A DNA stretch of 53,554 nucleotides, counting the filler, from Jimgerdemannia flammicorona (taxonomy: Eukaryota), in the NCBI GenBank assembly GCA_003990765.1. It is 3 parts of 3 records of this genome, joined end to end, with 100 filler letters (N's around TTAATTAATTAA, not from the genome) between each part and the next. Parts side by side here need not be neighbours in the genome. Positions count along the whole stretch, not along the records: positions 1 to 17,785 come from RBNJ01002410.1; 2 more parts are not named here. One strand, 5' to 3'. Shown here piece after piece: positions 1 through 12,437 of the stretch (position 1 is its first letter; each line of letters opens with the position of its first letter). A model generated the notes under the pieces. It was not told where the DNA came from, ran no database searches, and was given only the letters and a program-made list of their open reading frames with translations. The position numbers were made by a program, and so were the translations under genes.

Positions 1-58
<58 letters not shown>
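1..58. repeat. Poly-A run at contig end
   Basis: Homopolymer that abruptly truncates the LINE RT motif LDQEKAY; probably an assembly break. Confidence 0.9.
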
Positions 59-60
<2 letters not shown>

Positions 61-3000
61 GGCCTTCTCCTGATCCAGAAAGACCAATCTCCTATCCAGT
101 CTACAGACTTGAGCTTCTTCAATGATACTATGAACATAAGCTGTATCATCCCAAATGAGCCAGCCCCCAATGAAGCCCATTGCTTCTCACTCAATACTTG
201 CTAAGCCACCCTCTGTAGTCTTACAAAATCATCTTAGTGACTATCTTCCTATCCATATCCAGGAGTATGAATGGTCACCAGTTCTTCTAATCCTCTCTCC
301 TATCCTTGTCCTTATATAATAATGCCACCAATCCCTGATCTTGCCCTCCCACTCAGTTCTCTGAGTATAGTACTAAGTTACAAAGTACTGTCATCTCTCT
401 GAGCACCCCAGAAACATCCACCATCTTCTTCCAGAAGACCTAGAGCAGACCATCCTTATCTGGTATAGTGCCTAGCTTAGTCACAGCAAGAACCTGATAA
501 ATCTCCTCCTTCTGAACTGATAGTACCAAACTGTCAAGCCCATCTACTTGTAGAGGGAGCCAATCTTCCAAAGTGTATTAAATCTCAGTAGCATCAGTCA
601 CACCCTCCTCCTCACTCCATAGACCACTCTACCTCTTCTTCAGAGAATCTAAAATATTTTGTAAGCCATGCACCAGCAGACCCTCAGAATCCAGAACCCT
701 CTCCCACCTCTATCTCAGTCTCCTTACCTTAAGAAGCCATGAGAGATACTTAGAGAGCCTCTCCTCCTCCTCAAGCCCCTACCAATGCAGCTATATAGCC
801 ATTCCTCTCATCAGAGTCTCCTCCTCCTCTCTCAATTTCTGTTGTAACTTAATAATCTCCAGCTTTACTTGCATCAACCTCCAATCCTCTACTCTATCCA
901 AGGTCAAAAGAATAGTCCATTTCTCCTGAAGCTGGACCAGTCTAGCAGAGGCCCAGGCCACCATTCTCCTCTATTATCTTTCTGCTACTCTGCCAGCCTC
1001 ACTTCAGTAAGCCCTAGCAGTCTCCTTTAACCTCACCCATCAAATACCCACTAGAGTACCCTCTTAGATCCAATAATCTACTTTCTATCTAATACTCTCT
1101 TCCTAAGTATCCCACAGCCTCTTCTTAGCTAGCAAAGAGAAATTGAGGCACCAATGTCTAGGCCCATCCCTACTTCCCCCAAACTGACCCTGCCCTAACA
1201 AGCCCTAATAATCTGACCATAGATACCACTTAACCTCCAGAGACTTCCAGACATCTAGGCCCCAGCAATCAGCTATCAGCACTCAGTCAATCCTAGTCCC
1301 CAGGCTATCTATCCAATGAGTATAGACCCTCCTATCTCCCCACATTGCCCAACCAGCATCCACTGAGGAACTAAGTCACTCTACCTCCTCTTAACCCTCC
1401 AGGCCACCACTCCTGCCCTCTACATTTCTCTCCTTATCTGTTCTGTCCAACTGTGCCAATAAACTATATTGAAGTATCCTCCAAGTGCCTCCACTCCTGC
1501 CTCTGCAAGTACTCTACTATCCAAAAGACCATTAATCCACTCCACATGCTTACTCCTAACTGCAGGACAGTAATAAGATCTAATCATAATTGGCTCCTAT
1601 CTAGGCTGATACCATACTCTCCAAACTATCCAATCTCTCTAGTTCCTGCTTCTATATATTTCACCTTGCTCTTTTTACACCAGTAGCCCAATCTTACTAT
1701 TTCAAACTGCAGCTCCATCCCATTCCCTCATCCACTCCTGTTGATCAAGATTCTCCTCATATTGAATATTCTACAGAAGAAAGAGATCAGCCTCTAATCT
1801 CTTCAATTAAGTAAAAATATTATGTTGCCTCCCAGAACCCCTCAGGCCATTCACATTCAATAAAAAAATATTAATTATATTATTTATAGAGAATAATGTT
1901 GAAATAGACATATTCTCTTCATAGCTCCATATTCACCTCCTCTCTATCTAAGTCCAATTTATGCTCAGCAGTAGCCTTCTCCCCCTCAACCTGCTTAGCT
2001 TCCAGTCCAATAAAAAGCTTATCCATTGCTATATCATCCATCATTCATCTCTTCCTGGTAATTCAAGCAAGCCCCTTATCAGATTTCCAGTCAATATCTC
2101 TGTTCTCACTAGAAGACTATATACACCCTAGTAGCCACTGCTATCTCTGTCTTCCTCACATCATTTACTGTATAACTCTCCTCATCCAGATACACTACTA
2201 GCACCTCTATCACCAGTGCCTCAATAATACCATCTCTCTGCATTATTCTTACCCAGTACTCCTTACTGATAACTTATAGTTCTACATTCACCAACTCCTC
2301 AGCTATTAAGTTATTCATTATCTGATATATTCACTGCAGATCCCCTTCTTGCCTCCAGAGATCACTGGTCAGCCAGCTCTGAGCATCATAGTGTCTGCTC
2401 CAGCACTTGCAGACTCATCCCACTTCTCCTCAGAAATATCCACCAGCTCATCCTCTTCAACCTCAACCATCTACCCCCACTTGCCACCTTAGGTACTTCA
2501 AATTGAATACAGCAAGTCCCCAACATCTCTACATTCTCACTAGTCTTCAGCTGTATGCCTCCAGCCTGCCTTCTTATATACTCACTCTCCTCTCATATCT
2601 CTAGTATACTATTATTATAGAGAGCCTGATATCTCACTCTCTAGCTCCAATCTCTAGCCTTTGAACTCCTTTCCACCTCCTCATCAGTCCAGACACTCTC
2701 CTGAGTATCCTCAATAGCCTTATCTAAACTGGATAATGCCTTTTCCTTTTTCTTCAAACTAGCCAGTAACTCCTTCTGCCTCTTATACCTCTGAGCCCTC
2801 TCCCACTATCCCTTATCCACTCAAATGTACTTTCTATTCACTACCTCTAAGTGTATTGAGTTTATATAGGCCTACCATGCCTTGGTCTGCTGCTCTACTG
2901 CTCCACTGAGCTCCTCCAGTACCTCTACCAGATTCTTCTCCTCCTCTATACTCCTATTCACTCTCATTATTTTATAGATAAATGCCTTCCACATCATCAC

Positions 3001-4050
3001 TGAGGGCCAGTCCCTCAGCTTCTTTATAGCCTTCTTCTCAGCCAGCTAAAGTCTGATATATATCCATATCTTCTGTCCGAATGAAGTCCCCTCCCAGACC
3101 TGAAAACCAATATTGACTATCTTGCTATACTCAGCTATAGTCTCCTCTACCCTCCTCCTTATCTTGACCATCATCATTATGAGCACTCTCTTCACTAGTA
3201 GCTGGATCACTCTGGGGTCCTATCTTAGACAGCAAACTATTAGAACTACTATCTTACCTATAGTCAACCCTATCTTCAATATCTCCTCTAAGGGAGCAGT
3301 CTTCTCAAAGCCCACCTCTACTCTCTCAAGCCTCTTCAGGAACTTCACCAAGGCAGCTCCAGCCATCTGCTTTAAGATCAGCCCCAAAACTATCTTTACT
3401 ATTACTGCTAAGCTCTGGAAGCACAATGTGATTACAAACTCCAAGATTGATTTCTTGAGTAATGGGGCCCCTGCTAGACTTATTATACTATCAGCCAGAT
3501 TCTCCTACTCCTGACTATCCCCTGTACTATACTTCTCTCAGCCATTATATCTCTTTTTTTTTCTAGATTTCTCATTATACTGTTATTAGCAGTCACATCA
3601 CTTCTCCCAGCCACCGTCTCTCCTGCTCCTACACTTGCTCCCCTAAGCAGAGGACCTCCTGCTCTTGCCAGATTAGTCTTAACTTTCCTCTCAGCTACAC
3701 CAGTCCAAGTATCTACCAGTCATCCCCTCCTCTTCACCTTGTCAGTAAAGCTAGGGGGCCCAGACCTACTCTTATTTCTACCAGATACTGGCCCTCCTCC
3801 AGACCTTTTATTACTATTTATACCTCCAAAATCACCCATCCCCAGACTATATGTAACTCCTCTCTATATACTGTCAGCTAAATGCTCCAAGTCCACCTAA
3901 CTCAGTATATCTATTGGGACTCTTGTTTGATATATATTACTAGTATCTTTTCTCTGAGTTATATCAAAAAGTATTGTCTAAAGTTTATACGTATAATATG
4001 AATTGTACTAGAGAAAAAGGTGAGGATTCTTCTTTTGATGAGAGTAGTCC
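59..4050 (-). mobile_element. Degenerate L1/Tx1-type non-LTR retrotransposon (LINE copy 1), cut inside RT by the contig end
   Basis: Minus strand: ORF1 remnant (~3940-1930, homologous to the ORF at 41578-40724), APE endonuclease start LLNVNGLRG (~1865-1838), RT start RLVFLDQEKAY (~90-59). Many stops. The 5' head (~3950-4030) matches the heads at ~41570-41641 and 44755-44828. Confidence 0.9.
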
Positions 4051-4379
4051 TTGTAACTGAGTGTGAATTAGAGGTATTAGGGCTCATCATATAAAACTGA
4101 TAGTAGAAAAACTAACTAAGTTACTGATATAGTCTATGTATATACTTGATTGAATGTGACATATACTCAGTCTCTAAAGGGGTATATAAATGTTTACTGA
4201 AACATACTAACTGTTTACTACTTAGAGCTAGTATTTGAAGTATAAAAAAACCGAGACTAAGCTAAATATTATATATAATATCTAAATACTAAGCTCAAAA
4301 CTAACTAGTATTACTAATTATATGAGTAGTATTGTATATGGCTCTAGTCACTTTGCTGAAGTTTGAACTATATTCATAA

Positions 4380-7267
4380 ATCTAAAGAATTCAAAGTAAT
4401 TATCAAGAATGAGATAAGATATAGAGTATACACTATATAATCAGATAATAGATATAAATATATCAATAATATATTCAAGCAGTTCTTGAAAAAATACCAT
4501 ATATAATATCAAATAATAGTTCTTTATATATCTCAACAGAAAGATATAACTAAGTAATTTAATTTTATGATAATTTAAATAGCTTGAATGATTATTAATA
4601 CTACTAGATTATTATATTCTTATTAGACTGAAACTATTAACATAATAGTATATATATATAATTGGTATATTTCTTGAGTACTCAGTAAGAAATCTGGTAA
4701 CAATAAGCATAGAGATGATGATCTTATCTCTAAAGAATTATAGAGTATATCTAAGCTAGATATATCCCATCTATATATATTCAGATGCAATATATAGATC
4801 CTTGATAAGAGCAATATCAATTGGTACAAATTTGAGCTGAAAGCTAGCAAGTTCATATTTCTTGAGTATTTCAGCAAGGTATATTGACTCTGAGATCTAT
4901 ACAAGTTGTATATAGTTATTTTGTATAATATATAATTCAGAGAAAAAGAAAGTCAAGAATTCTGTATAGATTTACTAATCAAGACCTCTATATCTATATA
5001 CCAGTTAGTACAAATATAGCATATAAAGTAATAACTATTATCAATCTCTCTGGTAGTCAATCAAAATTATTTTCAACTACTATATATATCTGAGCCTGAG
5101 CCAGAGTTACTTGAGTCAAGAATAATGGAGATCAAAGATGAAGATAACAGTGAGTCCTCCAGTAATGAGAGATTCTCTATAAAGAATAAGTAAAAGTATT
5201 CAATATTTACTGAGAAACTCATTTGGAATTTAGAAAATTATTAGAATATACTAGTAAGCTCTAGATAATGATAATATATAGACTATATAAGTTATACTAA
5301 AGTATATGAATGTATATATATTGCAAAATATTCTGATAAGCCAAGTATATATAATGAATCTATATATAATCAGCTCTAATAGTAAGAAATAGAAATGAGC
5401 CATAGATGAAGAATATGATTCACTTATCTAGAACAATATATGAGATTTAGTATCTCTTTTATCAATTTACTAAACAATTTGATCAAAGTGAGTTTATAAA
5501 ATTAAGTACAAGAGTGATAGAAGTGTAAAGTAATATAAAGCTCATTTTATTACTAAGAGTTGCTTATAGAATTATAGTATAGACTATAATAAAATATTTT
5601 AACTAGTATTTAAGCTTACTTTGCTTTGAATACTCCTTGTGATTAGTATTGTATAGAATCTTGAAATCTAACAAATAGATATAAAGACAGTATTCCTAAA
5701 TAGTGATATAGATACCAAACTATATATCTATCAACTACAAATAAAAATAGTGAGCATATATGCAAATTATGTAAAGAACTATATAGTATTAAACAAGCAG
5801 TACAATTATAGAATAAAAGGATTGATAAACATCTTCTTTAACAAGAACAGACTTAATGAAGTCAAAGAAGCCCTATACTGAGAGTTCAAGATGATAGATA
5901 TAGGTGATATATTCTTTCTTTTGGGATATCTATTATATATATATGATAGGAGCATATATACTATATATCTCTTGTAAGTGATATATACTCAAGAAATTCT
6001 TGAATATTGCAATATGAGTGAATGTAAGCTCATTGGTACTTCTATAGATACTTCTATGAAGTTAAGAAAGCTGAATACTATATCTGAGAATGATGACAAT
6101 ATATCTACCAAAAACAGTATTAATGATAATAATATTCTCTATCAATAAGTAGTTAGTTCTCTTATATATCTTATAGAAATAAGGTCTAATATATCATATG
6201 CTATAAATAAGGTAGTATAGTATTCCTCCTACTATGATAACTTATATTGAAGTATAATTAAGAGAATTTTCAGATATTTAAAGAGATTAGCATATTATAT
6301 ACTTACTCTTAGTAGATTAAGTAGAAGCAATGATAAGAGAAATAAGAACTAGCTATCTAGTATATGTGATACTAATTGGGCAGATGATCTAGATGACCAC
6401 TGATCTATAACTAGGTATCTTTTCTACATCAGTGACCAAGGGTCTATTATTTTATAGTAAATATACAAGTAATTATCTATAGCAATATCATCAATACAGG
6501 TAAAGTATCAGATATTGTCATTAGTGATAAAGGAAGCTGTTTGGCTCTACAAACTATTAAAAGAGCTTGACTTCACTCAGAGAAACCCTATGCTTATTAA
6601 GTAAGATAATTAATTAATAATAGTACTTGGCAAGTATCTAGTATATTATAGTAGAATGAAATATATTAATATATAGTATCATTTTATATAGAAATACATA
6701 GAAAAAAATACTATATACTTAGAATACATCTTCATAGAGTATATAATTATCAATTTACTTTCAAAAGCTCTTTCAAGGCTGAAGTTTGAGTAATATATTA
6801 ATAGAATAGATCTTATATATAAGTAGTATACCAATATTTAGATAATTTCAGGGTACTTTTTGGGATACTTTTCAGGCTGTAAAAAGCCTCTCTTACTGTA
6901 ATATATATTTTACATCTATATTGGTTATATCTCTCATCTATGAGTAAATTATATGAATTATATATATTATTTTTTTTTTAGATATTTCAGAAATATTTCA
7001 GAGTACTTTTCTACCCACAAAAATTTACAGATAGTTATAATTCTGGGTTACATACAGTTCTAGTTTTTGCATACATTATATATTGCTTTTTACTCTAGTT
7101 TATATTTCTTTTTAGGTTATATATCTCATTGAGCAAAAGTATTGAAATAGTAAATCAATATATTAGTATATGACTTATACTATTTTATCAGTTTTATGTC
7201 ATTTATATATCAGTAACATATGAAATATACAATCTATGTAACTTCAATAAAATGTCTCTCTTTACAA
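4380..7267 (+). mobile_element. Highly decayed Ty1/copia LTR retrotransposon, 3' half (integrase-RT-RNase H-PPT-3' LTR)
   Basis: Decayed motifs: FKVIIKNE..SDN (IN, ~4390-4450), AIDEEYDSL and VYKIKYKSD..YKA (RT, ~5400-5550), DTNWADDLDD (RNase H, ~6368), decayed KHIDIRYHF (~6660-6690). PPT-like gagcaaaag at ~7131, then a short LTR with AATAAA ending ...ttaca(a) at ~7266. Confidence 0.85.
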
Positions 7268-9335
7268 TAGTTAGAAAGATATTTAGATTTAAGAGATTAA
7301 AAATATACTTTATATAGTCTATAATAAAAACTATGCTTCTCTATCTGGATCAGTTTATTGTATAATTACTGATATTAATATTAATGTTAACATTGATACT
7401 ATGTATAATTGAAATAGATAATATCTTTGCTGAACTAGATTAACATATGTATATTCTACAACAATAAAAGACAAAAACTGATAATAAATCTTAAGCAAGA
7501 AGTAGATACTTATTTAAAAAGTAAAATTGTTAAATTTTAATTACAAGTGAGTTGGGTTTTCATATTTAAATTTAGTCTATATATTTCAAAAGTTTTTCTA
7601 ATTAATTTAATTTATTGAGAATATTAAAGCTATAGTAAAGATTTCCAAAATCTAGCAAAAATTATATATAACTATTTAGCTATCCCAGTAATAAGTGCTC
7701 TCATTGAGAAGGTTTTTTCAAGTAGTACAGATCTTGTAATACTTAAAAGAGATGCTTTAGAACCTGAAACAATTTATGAATATATATATTTAAAAGTATA
7801 GCAAATAGTTTAGTATTTTAATTTTAAAATATAGTTTTCTTCCAATCTTAAAATATAGTATAATCTTAAAATATAGTATAATCTTGAAATATAGTTATTT
7901 AAAATACAAAATATATATATATCTAATTATTATATCAGAATTCTAAATAATAAAGTATTACTAATTAGCTATTTTTGAAGCTCTCAGCTTACTTATCTAT
8001 ACTATATTAGCTCACTATATTACTGCTGAAACTATTTGTCTATACTATTGATACTGCTAAAGCATTCTGATAGCATTACTACTTCAAAGCTCTCATTACA
8101 TATCTGCTCTATACTATATTGGGTCACTATATCACTATCAAAGTTATCTATCTATACTATATTAATACTACTAAAGCTTCTTGATAGTATCACTACTTCA
8201 AAGCTCTCAGGCTTACTATATCACTATCAAGGCTATCTGTCTCTACTCTTATCTTTGAATTTATCAACTATTCTAAAGTTGTAAGCTTTTTAGGATACAT
8301 ATATAGTCAAGAGTACTATATTGTACTGCTAAAGCTTCCTGATAGTATCACTACTTCAAAGCTCTCAGCTTGCTATTATATTTGATTACTACTATATTTA
8401 AAGCTTTTAGTATCATACCATACTTGAAGCTATGTATCAGATAAAAAATATAAAAATAGGCTATCTAAGCTATACTTCTGTCTGTATTTTTAGATAAAAA
8501 AAATATATAAAAATAAAATAAGTGCTAAATTTCTAATTACCTTCAATATTTGACCTTCTAAGTTTATCTTAAAGACTTGTCTGAACACTTTGAAGAATTG
8601 AACAAGACCATCAGAAAAGGTTTCAAATAGCTAAATAATGATATATAATAATGATAAGACTGATGAAGAATATAAGAAAAACAAGAAGAAAATAGAGAAA
8701 GTACTTGAGAGATTTATCTTAACCACTCACTCTGATCTTGCTCCTTCTGGTCCTACTAGTTCTACTGGCTCTGCCAGTCCTCAAGTCTAAGCCTCTGCTG
8801 GTACTCAAGCCCAAATTCCTATTAGTTATCAAGTCCCTGCTGGCCCTCAAGCCCTAGCCCCAAAGTCAAGAAGAGAGTGATATATTACAAGTTACCATAA
8901 TTGTAAAGTATATAGTAAAACATGCTATACTATTCTCAGGATTTATCAATATCTTAATCTATCTCTGATCTTTCTTTAGGTAAAAGATTATATAATAATA
9001 TATATTAGATAATAGCTACTATAGCTAGATATACTAGAAATACTTAAATGAATATATGTCAGATATCAGGATTGTGAATGAATAGAAATAGGAGAGATAG
9101 AATAGAAGAAATAGTATAAAAATAAATATATTATAATTAAAAAGATTAGTAATATAATATTTGAATCAAATCAAACCCTTAATTCAATTTGATCAAATCA
9201 AATTAGACCTCCAATTTAATTCTACTTTGATTCAATTCAACTTTGATTTGAATCAAAAAATCCTCTATTCAATTTAACTTGAATCAACCTCAATTTGATT
9301 TAATTTGAATTGATTCAATTTATTTGAGAGTACTA
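7268..9335 (+). mobile_element. Decayed hAT DNA transposon, 3' part (hAT copy 1) with right TIR
   Basis: hAT dimerisation domain FQNLAKIIYNYLAIPVISALIEKVFSSSTDLV...LEPETI (~7640-7800), preceded by a gtgagt intron. Subterminal TTGAA/TTGAT pentamer repeats at ~9160-9325. The terminus reverse-complements to tagtactctcaaat, similar to the TIR at 19163. Confidence 0.8.
7970..8430. repeat. Imperfect tandem repeats (core ctgctaaagcttcctgatagtatcactacttcaaagctctcag) inside hAT copy 1
   Basis: Core repeated about 3-4 times; an 18-bp aatcttaaaatatagtat unit occurs x3 at ~7845-7897. Confidence 0.75.
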
Positions 9336-9866
9336 TATACAAAATTTAAAAGAAAGATCCAGAAGGATCTTAGAATAAAAAGAAAAGTCAAGAAAATACT
9401 TCTTAATAAAGATAACTAAAAGAATTCTATAATATTTCAAATAGTTCTATAACTAGCTAAGATAAGATACTTAGTGTTAAGAAAAGACAAAAATATTCTA
9501 GTAAAGTCTTGATATTAAGAGAGAATTTCTAAGTATTCTGAAGATATTGGAATATTGTAGAATATTTAAGATAAGGTAGAAAAAGGATAGGAGAAAAATG
9601 TAAAAATATACTCTAACTAAGATATAAATAAGAAATTATTATATCTCTCCTTTCTTAAAAATTAACATTTTTATTAAATTTTAAGATTATAAGAATAACT
9701 ATACTTAACCAAAAATTCTCAAACTTATATAAATATTACTATAGAGAGTCAGCTGACTTTATATAAAATAAGAGCTAAAGACTTAATAGTTGGATATTCA
9801 AACTACTAAGAAAAAAACTCTCTTTATTTTAAGTAAGTATGTTAGTAGTGACTATATCTATTATTA

Positions 9867-11480
9867 TGTAGTAGTCGCTGAGTCCTTTAAATATGTCAGA
9901 TTCTCTCCAAGGTGTATCTCTTAGACTAACTATAAGTTTGTTATAAGCAAATTCTTATTGAAGTATCTTCCTAAGGTCTTATAGTCCTCAAACTTCTTAT
10001 CTTTAAACTGTCTTGTTATCTCTTAGATTGCTTGCATAGAATTGAGAGTAAGTGAACTGAAACTGACTTTATTTTAAAGGAAATAAGAGGGGTATTTATA
10101 CAAAATATAATTCAATGGTTACTAAGTTATAAAGCTAAATATAAATTCCAATAACCAATTAAAATACTGGAACACAGAAAACTATAGTTGTAAGTTCAAG
10201 TTCAAGTGTCTGTATAAATAGTTGTATAAGTTTAGAATGTCAGTAGAATTTCGGTAGTACAGGAAAAGGACACCAGAAGAATTTCTGAGTTACACAAGAT
10301 CAGAATATCAGAAGAATAACAGTTATACAGAAAAAGAATACTGGTAGAATTCAGTATTATCAAGAACTTAAAGCAGAATGTTCAGGACCATGGGGGCTTC
10401 ATCTTCATCACTATCATTAAGGTCAGAGGTCAGAGACAGGATGTCTTTAAAGGAGATGAGGTCCATGAACATTTCATCCATTTCACATATGTTGTATATT
10501 TCATATGCTTCACACATATCGTGTGAGATGATATTATTGCCAATGATATTATTGTGGGTAATGTCATCTCATTCAGCAGTGACAGGGGCTCTCCAATCTA
10601 TATCATTCTCTTCTACAAAATAAGGAACAAATGTGAGGTCTTGGAGAGATCTAACCTGGATGCTGGGGCCTTAGAATGCTGAGATCAATCCTTGTATGAA
10701 TTGATCTGGGTTGTCCTAGAGGATGGGATACCAGAAGTTCTCTATCTTATCACTATTGAGGGTGATAGTGAACTGAGCCTCTATAGCCACCATGGCCTCT
10801 AGTGCATCAGTGCAGCAGGCTGACAGTTTCTTGAAGTCTGAGATTCTAGTATACTCCAAGTTGGGGATTGACCATGATGTATGTCTGAAGATCTGATGAA
10901 TCATCTTTGCTATCCTTATTTCATATATATCCATGGGAATGGTATCTTGAATCTCCTGGGGACTGGCCTGCGGGAACTCCCAGCAGCAGAGAAGGTTTTC
11001 TATTTCATACTTCTGCTATATCTAGAGGTATTCAGTAGCAATGGTGATCCTTGTTTCCATTTTACAGCAGTAGAGAATATAATGATAAGAGTCATCAGTA
11101 TCCAGATTGAGACTAGGAGTCCTTTTTGTACAGGTCCCCATGGCTCTCCTGATGTCTTAGAATATCCTATTCTAGACTGAGGGGCCTTGGTGGTTCCTGG
11201 ACCTTGAGGTTTGGTGAGTGGCAGGTATTTTGTTTATAGTAAGTCTTTAGAACTATTTCTGTAAGCTTTGTTTAGATTGCTGCTACTGTGGTTTCTTGAT
11301 TCTTCTTTTATATTCCTCAAGATATCTTTCTTATAGTCACAATGACTCACAGTTGGTCATCATTGCTCATCTTGTAGCTCAGATGAGTTATACCATATAA
11401 TCTTCTTATACTCTAATCTGATGACTTGTAAGGAAAGGCTGTCTCCTATACTGAATCATCATTTTGAGATCATTGTTACA
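9867..11480 (-). mobile_element. Long LTR-like insertion (TGTAAC...TACA) containing an internal ORF
   Basis: Minus strand starts tgtaacaatg (11480) and ends cgactactaca (9867). TATA box gtataaatacccc (~10090-10102) and AATAAA (~10068-10073). The flanks rejoin chromovirus B 3' UTR. No clean TSD. Confidence 0.65.
10370..11240 (-). pseudogene. Retrotransposon accessory ORF (~290 codons, several stops) with acidic C-terminus
   Basis: One frame reads ...QKYEIENLLCCWEFPQASPQEIQDTIPMDIYEIRIAKMIHQIFRHTSWSIPNLEYTRISDFKKLS...SDEDEAP; aligns by eye to ORF3 at 35224-35645. Confidence 0.6.
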
Positions 11481-12437
11481 CTATATATAAAAGTATATTA
11501 AGTCAATAAGTAGAGACAGAGGTGAGTATTTTTATTTCAAAGTCTTAGATGAGATCTTGTATATTTTTGAGATTAACTAGTAGTTTTCAGATAGTATTCA
11601 GAATAGTTTATTTATTTAACTAGATTTTCAGATTAATGATAATAGATTCTTTTATTCAACTTTATACTTGATATGGTCTTCAATAATTACAGGGGCAGAT
11701 GGTTTAAAATTTAACCAAAGTAGAGTAGTGACTTATTTCAGATCTTGAGATAAGATATATAGAAGACTGGATATACTTATATAGCTTCAGTAGGAGAATA
11801 TAGAGACTTATTCTATAATCTCAAAGGATTCAATAAACTCAGATTGAAATTTGTTCTATAGATGGTTAACTTAAGATAATATCTTGAGATTCTTAATAAA
11901 TAAAGAACTAAATTATTAATAGTATAAGTAATATCATAGTATTTCTTATTAGTATATTTGACTTAATACTATTAAGTCTTCTAAAGATTTATAATAGTAA
12001 TCAAAAGTAGTTTATCTATCTTATCAATAAGATTCTTAGTAGTGAAAACTTATATTTAATTATTTTCTGAAAGAAAAATAGACTTATAAAGTCTCAGGAT
12101 CTTTATTGTAAAGTAGCCAAAAAGGTGAAAGACTAGTAGATAATTATACTATATTATTATATATAAATTCTATATTGATCAGATAGTAGTTCTAATTATC
12201 TTACTTATAAAAAATATAGATTCTAAGTATCTATTTAAGAGTACTGTTCAAGTGCTCAGTTTTTTCATTAATTTGAGAGTGAAAGACTATAGATATAATA
12301 ATTTGAGTTTTCAGAGTCTTAAAAAGAGCTTGCCAGAAGTGAGCAATGAATTTAAGATCTTGATTACTAATAATAACTCACAGTAGACCATAATGCTAGA
12401 AGATTGACTTGAAGAAGATTCTTGCAATCTTGGATAT

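Larger units (their letters stand above)
9336..12437 (-). mobile_element. Chromovirus (Ty3/gypsy) copy B, 3' remnant: integrase C-terminus, chromodomain, PPT, truncated 3' LTR
   Basis: Colinear with copy A: 11540-12437 matches ~13230-14165, and LTR 9336-9643 matches ~12593-12899. PPT at 9644-9656. Interrupted by the insertion at 9867-11480. Confidence 0.85.
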
